Assembly: GCA_038851325.1 (NCBI GenBank)
Contig: JAWCKZ010000001.1
Coordinates: forward strand, 96,001-160,000
Source of the DNA: Candidatus Bilamarchaeaceae archaeon
Lineage (GTDB): Archaea; Micrarchaeota; Micrarchaeia; Anstonellales; Bilamarchaeaceae
Direction of reading: 5' to 3'
DNA length: 64,000 nucleotides
Shown in pieces: positions 37,886-48,328 of this stretch (position 1 is the first letter of the stretch; every line of letters starts with the position of its first letter). The notes under the pieces are model-generated. The model saw nothing but the letters and a program-made list of their open reading frames with translations. It made no database searches and had not been told where the DNA came from. The position numbers and the translations under genes were made by a program.

Positions 37886-39661
37886 ATGGAAGTTTCAGCA
37901 GTACTTAGTCTCGGAATTGTGCTTCTCTTTGCCACATTGGGCGGTATGCTTTCAGTAAAACTTAGGCTACCACCGGTAGCAGGCCTTCTCATCGCAGGCA
38001 TGCTTATCGGTCCGAATGTTTTAAACCTCGTAGAACCAAACACGATAAACATATTCGCAGAGATTGGAGCAATTCTTCTCCTTTTCATGATAGGCGTTGA
38101 GTTTAGCATAGCAAAAATTCTTTCCATAGGTCTTCGAGCAGTAGTAAGCAGCTCTCTACTTATGCTAATGACTTTTGTGATAATGCACGAGGCAGCGATC
38201 CTGCTCAATTTTAATCCCATAACTGCATTAGCCATCGCAGCAGTTTTTTCTATGTCGAGCACTGCTATAATGGTAAAGGTGCTAGAGCAGAAGGGGTTCA
38301 CAGAAAGATACGAAGTGCCGCTCCTAATTGCCATTCTAATAATAGAGGATATAATCGCGGTATTTCTGTTAACCTTTTTTTCTGGTCTAAGGAGCGGTTC
38401 GTATGAAGCCGATGAGGTAATAAGCTCTGTGCTCATATCGCTAGGGCTTCTCGGGTTTTGTTATGTAGTACTGCTAAAACTTCTTCAGAAGTTTTCTGAT
38501 ATCTTTCTTCGCTATCAAGCTGAGGACACTCTAATGCTCTTTTCATTTTCTCTTGGTATGATTATGTCAACTTTAGCATCTCTTCTAGGTTTAGCTCCGT
38601 CTATAGGCGCTTTCCTTGCGGGTAGTATTATAGCTGGATTACCTGAAGGAAAAAAATTTGAGGATGCCATAAGACCCTTCTCTTTTCTTTTCGCATCATT
38701 TTTCTTCCTCTCTATAGGTATGATGATAGACCCGCTCAACACGATTACTAATGCAGGGATCACACTTGTGCTCATAGCCGTATTTATGATAACGGTATTT
38801 TTTGCAACAGTATTTGCATTCTTTCTGATAACTGCCAGCGGTCGCTCTGCTGTATTCGCTGGCCTTGCCATGCTCCCGCTGGGTGAATTCTCTCTTCTTA
38901 TTGCAAGAGAAAGCGCAGGGATTGCGCAGATAAACCTCATAGATGTCGTTTCAGTTGGTGTTCTCCTGACGTCTCTCTTTTGCTCACTGCTTTTGAACTA
39001 TTCAGATGCCGTCTATACTAGAATAAGATGGATGATACCTTTACCACTAATTAGAACGCTAGTTAACTCATCAAATTATTTTAGAGCGGTTATAAGCGCG
39101 TTCGAGCCTAGAGGATATTTTCATAGATTATTTTTAGAAGAAATGAGAGCAGTTGCTATTGACATACTTGGTATCGTTTGCGCTACTCTTATCTTCATGA
39201 TAATAAAACCGCGTCTCGACTTTATAGTAACAATAGCAAACTATAATATACATGCTAGCATACTGGCATTGAGCGTGCTTCTTGTATTCTGTTTCATTCC
39301 TCTCGGTAGGCTTTTCGGTTCTTTCAGAAGGCTTTTTGATGCTCTTTCAACCATAATCGCTCGCACTACTCCAAAACCAACCAAGGAAGCGATACTGCGC
39401 AATCTTCTTATCGCAATGGCTCTATTTCTAATTTTTGTCCTCACTCCTGCAACAGTCGAGCTGCTCTCCCTCCCAAGAATATTTACTCTATTTTCATTCG
39501 TCTTTTGCGTATTATCATTCTTCTTTCTCTGGAGTGCACTTCGTAGCGCTGCGCTAACAATTCAGATAAAACGAGGAAAGCCATTTGAACTACTCGGCAC
39601 GCATATAGAAGTTCCAAAAGATAGTATGATTATTCTAAAGCCAAAGAAAGAGAGTAGGTAA
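37886..39661 (+). CDS. cation:proton antiporter (CPA2/Kef-like)
   Basis: AEIGAILLLFMIGVEF, SSTAI, IEDI, GAFLAG, GEFS. Confidence 0.88.
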   Translation: MEVSAVLSLGIVLLFATLGGMLSVKLRLPPVAGLLIAGMLIGPNVLNLVEPNTINIFAEIGAILLLFMIGVEFSIAKILSIGLRAVVSSSLLMLMTFVIMHEAAILLNFNPITALAIAAVFSMSSTAIMVKVLEQKGFTERYEVPLLIAILIIEDIIAVFLLTFFSGLRSGSYEADEVISSVLISLGLLGFCYVVLLKLLQKFSDIFLRYQAEDTLMLFSFSLGMIMSTLASLLGLAPSIGAFLAGSIIAGLPEGKKFEDAIRPFSFLFASFFFLSIGMMIDPLNTITNAGITLVLIAVFMITVFFATVFAFFLITASGRSAVFAGLAMLPLGEFSLLIARESAGIAQINLIDVVSVGVLLTSLFCSLLLNYSDAVYTRIRWMIPLPLIRTLVNSSNYFRAVISAFEPRGYFHRLFLEEMRAVAIDILGIVCATLIFMIIKPRLDFIVTIANYNIHASILALSVLLVFCFIPLGRLFGSFRRLFDALSTIIARTTPKPTKEAILRNLLIAMALFLIFVLTPATVELLSLPRIFTLFSFVFCVLSFFFLWSALRSAALTIQIKRGKPFELLGTHIEVPKDSMIILKPKKESR

Positions 39662-39725
39662 AGAAGGCCGTAGATGAAAGATCGGAAAACCAAATAATTT
39701 AAAGCACATTGCGAGTCATCTGTAC

Positions 39726-40964
39726 ATGCTACTTGATTGTCTTGGTGCGTGTCGTGAAGTTGGAAGAAGCGCATTTATGCTTCATACAGATAGAAAAATT
39801 CTTCTTGATTATGGAATAAAGGTCTTTGATGTATCTGGAAAACCCAAGTTTCCCACGGAGGAGATAAGACCAGATGTTGCTGTGATAACTCACGCGCATC
39901 TTGACCACAGCGGATTCGTGCCTGCACTTTACAAGCACTCAAAACAATTAAGATGGCTTGCAACCCCGCCAACGGTTGACATCTGCGAAATTCTTTGGGC
40001 GGATTCTATGAAAATAATGAGCGAGGAGCTACCGTACGCTGAGCGGCAGTATAAACTTGCCCTTAGACAGTGGAGCCCCATCACTTACGGCCAACCGCAA
40101 TCATTTGGCAATACAACAATAAAAGCAATCGATGCTGGTCATATAGCTGGTGCAGCGATTGTGGAGATAGAGCATGAAAACAAGAGAATTGTCTATACTG
40201 GAGATTTTAAACTGGAGAGCACACACATGCACAAAGGGGCTAGAACAATAAAGGATGTTGATATCTTAATAATAGAATCAACATACGCAGATCGAGAACA
40301 CCCGGATAGATCAGAGACTGAAAAAAGAATAATCTACGAACTCCATGAAACGATAAACGCCGGCGGTTCTGTCCTTTTTCCAACATTCTCGCTTGGGCGA
40401 ACGCAGGAATTAATATCCGTAATAAGAAAGCATGATAAAAGCATTCCAATTTTTCTTGATGGTATGGGAAAAGAACTAACCAAGATATACCTCAGATATG
40501 GCGGCTATATAAGAAATCCAGACGCCTTTAAAGAAGCAGTAGCTAGTATTACTACGGTTGAGAGCGTGGAGGATAGAGTAAAGGCTATTCGAACGCCAGG
40601 CGCTATAATCTCAAGCTCAGGAATGATGATGGGTGGACCTGTGCTCAATTATTTGTTTAACATAAACAATCGCTCAAAGATAATATTCACTGGGTATAAT
40701 GTAGAAGGAAGTAATGGATGGAACCTTCTTAACAAGGGATTCATAATAAAGGACGGTCAACAGCTACTCGTTGATTTACCTGTAGAATATCTCGATCTCT
40801 CTGCACATGCGGGGCGAAGCGATCTTCTCAGATTCATAAAAGAAGCAAATCCTGAAAAAATTATTCTTGTTCATGGTGATAAACCAGAAAATTTCGCTGA
40901 AGAGTTAAGGGCAAAAGGATACGACGCGGTAGCGCCATCTATAGGTGAGAGGATAGAACTATGA
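39726..40964 (+). CDS. MBL-fold beta-CASP ribonuclease
   Basis: EVGRS, THAHLDHSG, AGHIAG, YTGD, SAHA, LVHGD. Confidence 0.92.
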   Translation: MLLDCLGACREVGRSAFMLHTDRKILLDYGIKVFDVSGKPKFPTEEIRPDVAVITHAHLDHSGFVPALYKHSKQLRWLATPPTVDICEILWADSMKIMSEELPYAERQYKLALRQWSPITYGQPQSFGNTTIKAIDAGHIAGAAIVEIEHENKRIVYTGDFKLESTHMHKGARTIKDVDILIIESTYADREHPDRSETEKRIIYELHETINAGGSVLFPTFSLGRTQELISVIRKHDKSIPIFLDGMGKELTKIYLRYGGYIRNPDAFKEAVASITTVESVEDRVKAIRTPGAIISSSGMMMGGPVLNYLFNINNRSKIIFTGYNVEGSNGWNLLNKGFIIKDGQQLLVDLPVEYLDLSAHAGRSDLLRFIKEANPEKIILVHGDKPENFAEELRAKGYDAVAPSIGERIEL

Positions 40965-41344
40965 ATGAGCACTCCGAATTTTATGTAGAAACCAAGAAAC
41001 GAATTGAGATTATAGATATAACCTCAAAGGTTGAGGAAAGGATTGGAAGCGGCGATGCTGTTGTTGTTTTTGTTCCACATGCCACTGCTGCACTGATAAT
41101 AAATGAATTCGAACCTAACATAAAGGCTGATTACGAGAATTTTTTCTCAAAGATAGCAAAGGGCGAATGGAAGCACAATGTAATAGATGATAACGCCGAG
41201 GCCCACATTCTCGGTGCGCTCATATCACCATCGATAGTAGTGCCTGCGGAAGGTGGAAAACTGTCGCTAGGAACATGGCAAAGAATAATGCTAGTGGAGC
41301 TCGATGGTCCGAGAAAAAGGAGGGTAATCGTGAAGATGATCTGA
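40961..41344 (+). CDS. YjbQ/UPF0047 family protein
   Basis: PHATAALIINE, NAEAHI, LGTWQ, ELDGPR. Confidence 0.9.
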   Translation: MNEHSEFYVETKKRIEIIDITSKVEERIGSGDAVVVFVPHATAALIINEFEPNIKADYENFFSKIAKGEWKHNVIDDNAEAHILGALISPSIVVPAEGGKLSLGTWQRIMLVELDGPRKRRVIVKMI

Positions 41345-41366
41345 ATGCGTGAAGATGATCTGAATG
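41329..41366. repeat. 19-bp tandem duplication at yjbQ/acyltransferase junction
   Basis: CGTGAAGATGATCTGAATG x2. Confidence 0.9.
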
Positions 41367-42257
41367 GTGAGGGAGCGGCTACTCTGGATCGACGTTGTAC
41401 GAACACTTGCGATCTTCCTTATAGTACTTTTTCATTTTATCTATGAGATAAACCCGGATCAATCGCTTCGTTGGATAGGTTATGTTGGTGTTTCGCTTTT
41501 TTTTATTGCGAGCGGCTATGTGCTTGCCAAGAACTACCCAGATCTTGAAAATCTCAACCTCAGTTGGCTCAAGAAAAGATACGTCAGGATAGTATCGCTA
41601 TATTACCCAACCCTAATCGCAATCGTTCTTCTTTTCTCAACGCAGACGTGGTATAGAGGCATCCATGATCTAATCCTTCATTTTATCTTCCTGAATTTTG
41701 TATCTCACGATACCCTTTATTCGATAATAAGTCCTGCATGGTTCCTTATTCCCTTGATGGGCTTCTATCTCTTCTTTCCGTATCTTAACCGTTTACTCAA
41801 GTGGTCAAAATACATCCTCATTATCGCCTTCCTTCTGATGATCGCAGACAGGATTTTGATTGAAAAGGGCTGGATCTCCTACTCCCCTCTCTCTTTCCTT
41901 GGGGATTTTTGTTTCGGCATAGCGTTCGTTCAAGATAGAAAGAACTTAGCGCTTGCTGCTTCAGTACTCACAGTCATCGCTAGCCCTCTGATGGCAATTC
42001 CATACTTCATCTTTTATCTCATGTCTTCCATCGAACATTGGAATGCAGACCCCTTCGGTATATTTTCTACTATAAGCAAGTACACGCTCGAAATATTCCT
42101 CTTCCATGAATCTATAATGATGGTATTGCTTAGGAAGTGGAGCATTTATAGCCTTGACATTTTCTCTTCGCTTGCGGTTCTCATTATCACTTTATCTATA
42201 GTTGAAAAGATATCTATTTTGGTTCAACAGTGGCTTTTGCCAAAGATAGATGGTTGA
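41364..42257 (+). CDS. acyltransferase-3 (OafA-like) membrane protein
   Basis: IDVVRTLAIFLIVLFH, GVSLFFIASGY, KKRYVRI, WFL. Confidence 0.85.
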   Translation: MVRERLLWIDVVRTLAIFLIVLFHFIYEINPDQSLRWIGYVGVSLFFIASGYVLAKNYPDLENLNLSWLKKRYVRIVSLYYPTLIAIVLLFSTQTWYRGIHDLILHFIFLNFVSHDTLYSIISPAWFLIPLMGFYLFFPYLNRLLKWSKYILIIAFLLMIADRILIEKGWISYSPLSFLGDFCFGIAFVQDRKNLALAASVLTVIASPLMAIPYFIFYLMSSIEHWNADPFGIFSTISKYTLEIFLFHESIMMVLLRKWSIYSLDIFSSLAVLIITLSIVEKISILVQQWLLPKIDG

Positions 42258-43458
42258 ATCTTTTTTTATTAACCAGTATAATCTGTCTGAGCGCGCTCCC
42301 CAAAGTTTTTTTCTGCACCCTAACGATGGCAACAGCCCTTCCACCTCGGTTGATTACCCGTTGACCCTTGTGCGCTCTACGAAAGTTCTTTACATGTTCG
42401 CTCATTTCAATTGGTGGGCCTTTCTTTTCCATCGTTCCACCGACAATTGCTTTTTTTGTCACAATTGCTATTTTCACGATATCGTTGGAGTCGGCAAAGA
42501 TGTCCTTTACATCAAAGTCAGAAAGTTCGGTTCTAAGCGTCCTCATAAACTTCTTCAGTTGACCCCAAAGGATATCATCAACAACCTCGGCCCTAGGCAT
42601 TTCAATGATGCGCACAATGCCATTCCTTCGTCTTACCTTTTCATCAAAGGACTCGGGCTTTTTAAAGAAAAACACCTCGCGGGGCTTTTTATTAAATTTC
42701 TTGCAGAGCGAAATGAATCTCTTCAAATTATCCTCTGAGAGCGCAGCCGCGACGTTTCTGTTTTTATCAGTAGGGTCGATAACCACAAATCTTGAATTAA
42801 ACCTTTTAATCAACTCGTCTTTCTTCAGTCCTTTATAATACCCCTTGATATCTATAACCATAGGAAGTTTCCAGCGAAGGACCGCCTTCAGCAATCTTCT
42901 AAAGCTTCCGTATCTAATAATAAGAAGTTCGCAGAGATATCCTGACAGCCCTTCCACGCGTATCTCCGCACCATATAACTCGTTTGCCTTTAGGAATTTT
43001 TTCAGCAGTCTCACTTCATCTCTTTGGCTTTTTTTCAGATTTCTCAAAATGAATCTCGTATGGAGAACAGAACGATCAACTGCTGTCAATCGTTCCTTTG
43101 CGTTTTTCGTTTTATACGCTGGCACCAGATCAATTCGTCTCGCTCCAAAATGAAATCGTATGTATGGATGCTCTGCGTAATTCATTTGGTATGCATACCC
43201 TGGAAATGCTTTGCGAAAAATGCTCTCAAGTTCGGTTTTGATTTTTTCTTTGTCAAGTCGCTCGTCAAATAAAATAAATAGGTCTACGTCACCCTCGCCG
43301 GATAGAAATGTTTTCTTCGCAACCGAGCCTACCAAGGCTATTTCCCGCTCTGTAGCTTTCCCCAAGCGCCGCCTAAGCTCGCGCACTGTTTTTTGAAGAG
43401 AGAGCACTTCATCTGGGGAGGGTCGCAGTTTTTTAACGACCTCTTTTAGTATTTTCAT
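42214..43458 (-). CDS. cca: archaeal CCA-adding enzyme
   Basis: VGSVAK..DVDLF, YAEHPY, AVDRSVLH, YGAE..GLSGYLCELL, DPTD. Confidence 0.95.
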   Translation of the reverse strand: MKILKEVVKKLRPSPDEVLSLQKTVRELRRRLGKATEREIALVGSVAKKTFLSGEGDVDLFILFDERLDKEKIKTELESIFRKAFPGYAYQMNYAEHPYIRFHFGARRIDLVPAYKTKNAKERLTAVDRSVLHTRFILRNLKKSQRDEVRLLKKFLKANELYGAEIRVEGLSGYLCELLIIRYGSFRRLLKAVLRWKLPMVIDIKGYYKGLKKDELIKRFNSRFVVIDPTDKNRNVAAALSEDNLKRFISLCKKFNKKPREVFFFKKPESFDEKVRRRNGIVRIIEMPRAEVVDDILWGQLKKFMRTLRTELSDFDVKDIFADSNDIVKIAIVTKKAIVGGTMEKKGPPIEMSEHVKNFRRAHKGQRVINRGGRAVAIVRVQKKTLGSALRQIILVNKKRFNHLSLAKATVEPK

Positions 43459-43576
43459 TTTTTCCTCTTTGCCTTCGCTGATTTTTTTGCCTTCTTCTTA
43501 GTTGAACCACAGCATGTGCAAGCCATGATGCTATAACAATGGGAAAATATTTAAGCGCTTGCTGGGAAAAAAGTTT

Positions 43577-45181
43577 ATGGCGGAGGAATTTACAGAAGAA
43601 GAAAAAAAAGTGCTGCACCTTTTTGTCAGCAACACGGATAAGAATATTTTTGTATTGAAAAATCTTCCAGAGGTTGTAAAGGGCGCGCTTTTCTCACGCT
43701 ATAGTAGGAGTTCAAAATCTCTTCGCCGCCTCCTTCTCGATGAATTCATCGGAAACAAGGAACTTAGTGTAGAAAAACTAATGAACAAACCTGAAGAGGA
43801 TATAGTTATTACAAAAAAGGCAGAGGAGTTTTATGACCGTGTTCTTGTGGGATTCGGGGATGATTCCGTTGCTGAGCTTGCGGGAACGCATCTTGCGCTA
43901 GAGAACATATCCATGCTTGCAACAAAAGCCATAGAGGATTGCCGCATAGGCCTATCTCCCCTAGAAAAATCGACACGATATGTATACTTTGACAAAAAGG
44001 TCGATGGCAAATGGCTATACTACGAAGAACCAAGGCTAATGGAGGAATTTCCTGATGATTACAGAGAAGCATGCAATAGAGCTTTCGAAACATACACTGG
44101 ACTTATCCAGAAGATATCTAAATATGTAAGTGAGAAGCTGGAACAAGGTCAACTTTCTGACAGAGCGTACGAAGCGGTTGTACGAGCTAAAACGTGCGAC
44201 ATCCTGCGCGGGCTTCTGCCTGCCTCAACTCTGACAAACATGGGAATATTTGGAAATGGGAGGGCCTTCGAGTATCTTCTCATAAAACTTTATGCGAGTA
44301 ATCTTTCAGAACTAAAAATCATTGCTGCCCAAACCGAAAATGAACTCAAGAAAACAATCCCGTCCTTCGTAAAGCGCGCAAGTGAGAGACACGGTATTGA
44401 AATGCAGGAGTACCTAAGAGGACTTACAGAGAACATGATTTCTGTTGCACCAAAAGAAATATCCACAGAATGCGACTCGGTAAGGCTTGTTGATTATGAT
44501 AAGGATGCCGAAGTGAAGATCATAGCTGCGATGCTCTACCCACACTCCGCACTTACTCTCGTGGAATTGGAAGAGCGAGTAAGAAAAATGCCAGAAGCCG
44601 AACGAAGAGCGCTGCTTAGTGCCCATTTTAGCAGAAGAACAAACAGGAGGCATAAACCAGCAAGGGGATTTGAGCGGGTATACTACACATTCGAGGTATG
44701 CACGAACTTTGGTGCCTACAGAGATCTTCATAGACACAGGATGCTTACGCAGCAGAGACAATTGCTGACAACAAAGCTCGGATACGATATCCCTAAAGAG
44801 ATTGTTGAAGCAGGGCACGAGAGTGAATTCAAAGATGTTATGGAGGTCGCAGCCAACGGGTATGAAAGGATTGCAAAAAAACTGCCAGAAGAAGCGCAGT
44901 ACATCGTGCCGCTCGCATATAGAATCAGATGGCAGATAACAATGAACCTCAGGGAGGCCTTTTACCTCTGCGAACTGCGTTCGACAGCACATGGCCATAG
45001 GGATTATAGGCACATAGCACAGGAGATTTGCAGAAAAATAAAAAGTGTCCACCCCTTCTTAACAGAAGGGATGATGTTTGTTGATATGAAAGAGTACGAA
45101 TTTGAACGGCTTGAATCAGAGAAGAGAATGGACAAAAAAATCGAAGAAATAAAAAAGAAATACGGTAAAGGGAATAATTGA
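43577..45181 (+). CDS. thyX: FAD-dependent thymidylate synthase (two-domain ThyX-like)
   Basis: GALFSRYSRS, GDDSVAEL, EKSTRY, RDLHRHR. Confidence 0.85.
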   Translation: MAEEFTEEEKKVLHLFVSNTDKNIFVLKNLPEVVKGALFSRYSRSSKSLRRLLLDEFIGNKELSVEKLMNKPEEDIVITKKAEEFYDRVLVGFGDDSVAELAGTHLALENISMLATKAIEDCRIGLSPLEKSTRYVYFDKKVDGKWLYYEEPRLMEEFPDDYREACNRAFETYTGLIQKISKYVSEKLEQGQLSDRAYEAVVRAKTCDILRGLLPASTLTNMGIFGNGRAFEYLLIKLYASNLSELKIIAAQTENELKKTIPSFVKRASERHGIEMQEYLRGLTENMISVAPKEISTECDSVRLVDYDKDAEVKIIAAMLYPHSALTLVELEERVRKMPEAERRALLSAHFSRRTNRRHKPARGFERVYYTFEVCTNFGAYRDLHRHRMLTQQRQLLTTKLGYDIPKEIVEAGHESEFKDVMEVAANGYERIAKKLPEEAQYIVPLAYRIRWQITMNLREAFYLCELRSTAHGHRDYRHIAQEICRKIKSVHPFLTEGMMFVDMKEYEFERLESEKRMDKKIEEIKKKYGKGNN

Positions 45182-46086
45182 TGATATACCTAACTGGTGC
45201 TACTGGAAGGTTAGGAAGGTATGTTTACAATGTTTTTCTCTCAAAAAAGACCGAGGTTTTTCCAATCGTAAGAAAACCCTCTGGTCTGAAGAATGAAATT
45301 ATCTCAGATTTCTCAGAGGGTTCTCTGAAGGCCATCCTTAAGAATGCAAAGGCAATCATACATTTAGCCGGTTCTGTAAAAACGTATGACAAAAAAGAAC
45401 TTTGGAACACAAACGTAGAGCTCACGCGGGTTATAGTTAATGCTGCACCAAAGAATGCAAAAATAATACTGGCAAGTTCTATCTCCGTTTACGGAAAGGA
45501 GCTAGCGAAAAAGCCTGCGGATGAGACCACACCAATAAGTCCTGATAGCGACTACGCGCGCTCCAAATACGAAGCTGAGAAGCTGGTCTCTCAACACCCA
45601 AATCATGTGATTCTCAGAATAGGTACGATATATGGCCCATTCGAGGATTACAAAATTATGCTTCAAAAGATAAAGAGAGAGAGAATGCAAATTATAGGAA
45701 ATGGCAATAACATTATTCCGTTTGTTCACGTAGAGGACGCCGCCAGTGTGTTTATACCCGCGCTGAAAAAAACTGGTGTTTATAACATAGTCGGAGAAGC
45801 GATAACTCAGAGGGAGGCATACGCTGTGGCTGCAAAAGAGCTTGGTGTAAAGCCACCAACAAAACAAGTATCGTTTTTTCTTGCCTATCTCTCAGCATGG
45901 TTTGCAGAGAGAGCTGCGCTGCTAACTGGCAGCGAGTGTAAGATAACTACTGAACATATAGCGATCTTATATTTTGACAGACCATTCGATTGCAGCAAGG
46001 CAAGGCGAGAACTTGGTTTCTTACCAAGGGATCCTGTTAATGGCATAAAGCAGGTTGTGAACGAGTTACGCCCTTTTATAATTTAG
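45178..46086 (+). CDS. NAD-dependent epimerase/dehydratase
   Basis: TGATGRLG, YARSK (YxxxK). Confidence 0.88.
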   Translation: MMIYLTGATGRLGRYVYNVFLSKKTEVFPIVRKPSGLKNEIISDFSEGSLKAILKNAKAIIHLAGSVKTYDKKELWNTNVELTRVIVNAAPKNAKIILASSISVYGKELAKKPADETTPISPDSDYARSKYEAEKLVSQHPNHVILRIGTIYGPFEDYKIMLQKIKRERMQIIGNGNNIIPFVHVEDAASVFIPALKKTGVYNIVGEAITQREAYAVAAKELGVKPPTKQVSFFLAYLSAWFAERAALLTGSECKITTEHIAILYFDRPFDCSKARRELGFLPRDPVNGIKQVVNELRPFII

Positions 46087-46157
46087 TCTACTGCTACATT
46101 TCTGCTACAATTTTTTTTGTAATATACAAATAAATATGTAATTTGAGATACAAAGAT

Positions 46158-46796
46158 ATGCACTCTGAAAATGTTAGAAAGGCAGCTGAGCAACTTAAAA
46201 ACGGCAGTTTTGTGGTAATATACGATGGTGATGAGAGGGAAGGTGAAGCGGATCTAGTTTTCCATGCAGCCTTTGCAAGTTATGATAAGATAGAAAAACT
46301 TAGAACAGATGCGGGCGGATTGGTCTGCGTTGCGCTTGGGAAGGAGGAAGCGGAGAAACTGAGGCTACCTTTTTACACAGACGTGCTTAGAAAGGCAGGA
46401 CTTGCTGGTCTCGCGTGCAGAAAGACGCCATACGGTGATGAGCCTGCGTTCTCGCTCTCAGTGAACCACAAAGAAACGCGGACTGGGATAACAGACCAAG
46501 ATAGAGCCTTTACCATCAGGGAATTGACACTTCTGTTAAAAAGTGGAGCGCCTTACGAAAACTTCGTCAACAACTTTTACTCTCCGGGACATGTTTTTCT
46601 CTTAATAAGCAGAGGGTTAGAAGCACGAAGAGGACATACAGAGTTGGCAACAGAACTCGCTGCTATCGCAGGATTGGTGAAAGCAGTCGTTATCTGCGAA
46701 ATGCTCTCAACAAAAAGAGCAATGAGAAAAGAAAGCGCAAGAGCGTATGCTGAGAAAAATGGATTGGTGTTTGTAGAGGGACGCGAATTTGGGTGA
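46158..46796 (+). CDS. ribB: 3,4-dihydroxy-2-butanone 4-phosphate synthase
   Basis: DGDEREGEAD, TGITDQDR, PGHV, RRGHTE, CEM. Confidence 0.93.
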   Translation: MHSENVRKAAEQLKNGSFVVIYDGDEREGEADLVFHAAFASYDKIEKLRTDAGGLVCVALGKEEAEKLRLPFYTDVLRKAGLAGLACRKTPYGDEPAFSLSVNHKETRTGITDQDRAFTIRELTLLLKSGAPYENFVNNFYSPGHVFLLISRGLEARRGHTELATELAAIAGLVKAVVICEMLSTKRAMRKESARAYAEKNGLVFVEGREFG

Positions 46797-47685
46797 TTAC
46801 GTGAAGGTTGGTATTGTTGACACCATGTTTTCGCGTGTTGATATGGGTGCTATGGCGATTGATGAGATAAAGAAAAATTATCCCGACGTCGAGATTGTAA
46901 AACGCACTGTACCTGGCGTTAAGGACCTGCCAATCGAATGCAAACGGTTGCTTGACAGTGGTTGCGATTCCTGCATGGCACTTGGTATGGTGGGTGGAGC
47001 GCCCATCGATGTAGTATGCGCGCACGAGGCGTCGCTTGGGATACAGCAAGCGAAACTGCTCACTGGAAAGCACATCATCGAGGTTTTTGTCCATGAAAGC
47101 GAGGCGTGGAGCGATGAGGAGTTTTACGGTATATGCGAAAACCGCGTGAGAAAGCACGCACACAATGCCATCGATATAGTTTTATATCCAGAGAGGCTTG
47201 CTAAAAATGCAGGAAAAGGAATCCGTCAGGGAAAGGAGGACGAAGGGCCGCTTTCGCTGGAGAAAAGAAGAACACGTATGGGTATCGTCGTCTCAACATT
47301 CAACAGCGAGATAACCCGGGATATGCTCGAAAGCGCGAGAAAAACTGCTGAAGAACAAGGTGCTGAAATAGTAACTACCATCTCAGTATACGGCGCATTT
47401 GAAATCCCGCTTGCTGCCAAAAAACTTCTTATGGACAAGAAGGTCGACTGCATAGCTGTCCTTGGTGCAGTCGTAAAAGGCGAAACGGCACACGATGAGG
47501 TGATAACAAAAACCGTTGCGAACAGGTTAAGCGGACTTTCACTTGAATTCAGGAAGCCAGTAGGTTTTGGTATAATTGGCTATAACGCGAACTGGGACGT
47601 CGCAACAGAACGCGCGAAAGAGTATGCGACGCGAGCAGTAAAGGCTGCTGTTGAACTCGCAGGGGCTCTGAGAAGGTATGATTAA
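46789..47685 (+). CDS. ribC-ribH: archaeal riboflavin synthase fused to lumazine synthase
   Basis: N-half GIVDTMFSRVDMG..TVPGVKDLP..EVFVHE..GKGIRQG (RibC); C-half FNSEIT..GAFEIPL..GAVVKGETAHD..KPVGFGI (RibH). Confidence 0.9.
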   Translation: MGDYVKVGIVDTMFSRVDMGAMAIDEIKKNYPDVEIVKRTVPGVKDLPIECKRLLDSGCDSCMALGMVGGAPIDVVCAHEASLGIQQAKLLTGKHIIEVFVHESEAWSDEEFYGICENRVRKHAHNAIDIVLYPERLAKNAGKGIRQGKEDEGPLSLEKRRTRMGIVVSTFNSEITRDMLESARKTAEEQGAEIVTTISVYGAFEIPLAAKKLLMDKKVDCIAVLGAVVKGETAHDEVITKTVANRLSGLSLEFRKPVGFGIIGYNANWDVATERAKEYATRAVKAAVELAGALRRYD

Positions 47686-48328
47686 GCATGATGCATGTGC
47701 ATCACTCATGACACCCTACGGCGAATTCAACATGCATATTTTCAAGGATGGAGTGCAAGAACAGATTGCACTTGTCATGCCATGGGTAGAAAACGAATCG
47801 GTCCTTGTCAGGATACATTCAAAATGTATCACGGGTGAGGTATTCGAATCCCTTCACTGTGATTGTCGAGCGCAACTTGAACTGGCAAAAAAGATGATAG
47901 GAAAGGAAGGGGGATTGCTTATCTACCTCGACCATGAAGGAAGGGGGATAGGGCTTGGAAACAAGATAAGAGCGTACGCGTTGCAGCAGGAGCGCGGTTA
48001 TGATACGGTAGACGCAAATGCTGCGCTGAGCCTACCCGTTGACGCAAGGGATTACTCTGCTGCCATAGAGATAATCAGGTTTTTTGGGATATCTAAAGTA
48101 CGCTTGCTGACAAATAATCCAGACAAAATAACCGCTCTTGAGCAAAGTAAGATAGAAGTACAGCGTGTGCCGCTCGTTGTTCAGCCGAACGAATATAATA
48201 GGTTTTATTTGGAAACAAAAGAGCGAAGGATGGGGCATGATCTCGGCCTAACAAAAGAGACTCTCTCCATAAAACTCAGAAAGCCTGAAGGGAAAAAGGA
48301 AGTAATAAGGAAAAAGTTAGTTATATAA
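47678..48328 (+). CDS. ribA: GTP cyclohydrolase II
   Basis: RIHSKCITG..SLHCDC, EGRGIGL..K, LLTNNPDK, MGH. Confidence 0.95.
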   Translation: MIKHDACASLMTPYGEFNMHIFKDGVQEQIALVMPWVENESVLVRIHSKCITGEVFESLHCDCRAQLELAKKMIGKEGGLLIYLDHEGRGIGLGNKIRAYALQQERGYDTVDANAALSLPVDARDYSAAIEIIRFFGISKVRLLTNNPDKITALEQSKIEVQRVPLVVQPNEYNRFYLETKERRMGHDLGLTKETLSIKLRKPEGKKEVIRKKLVI

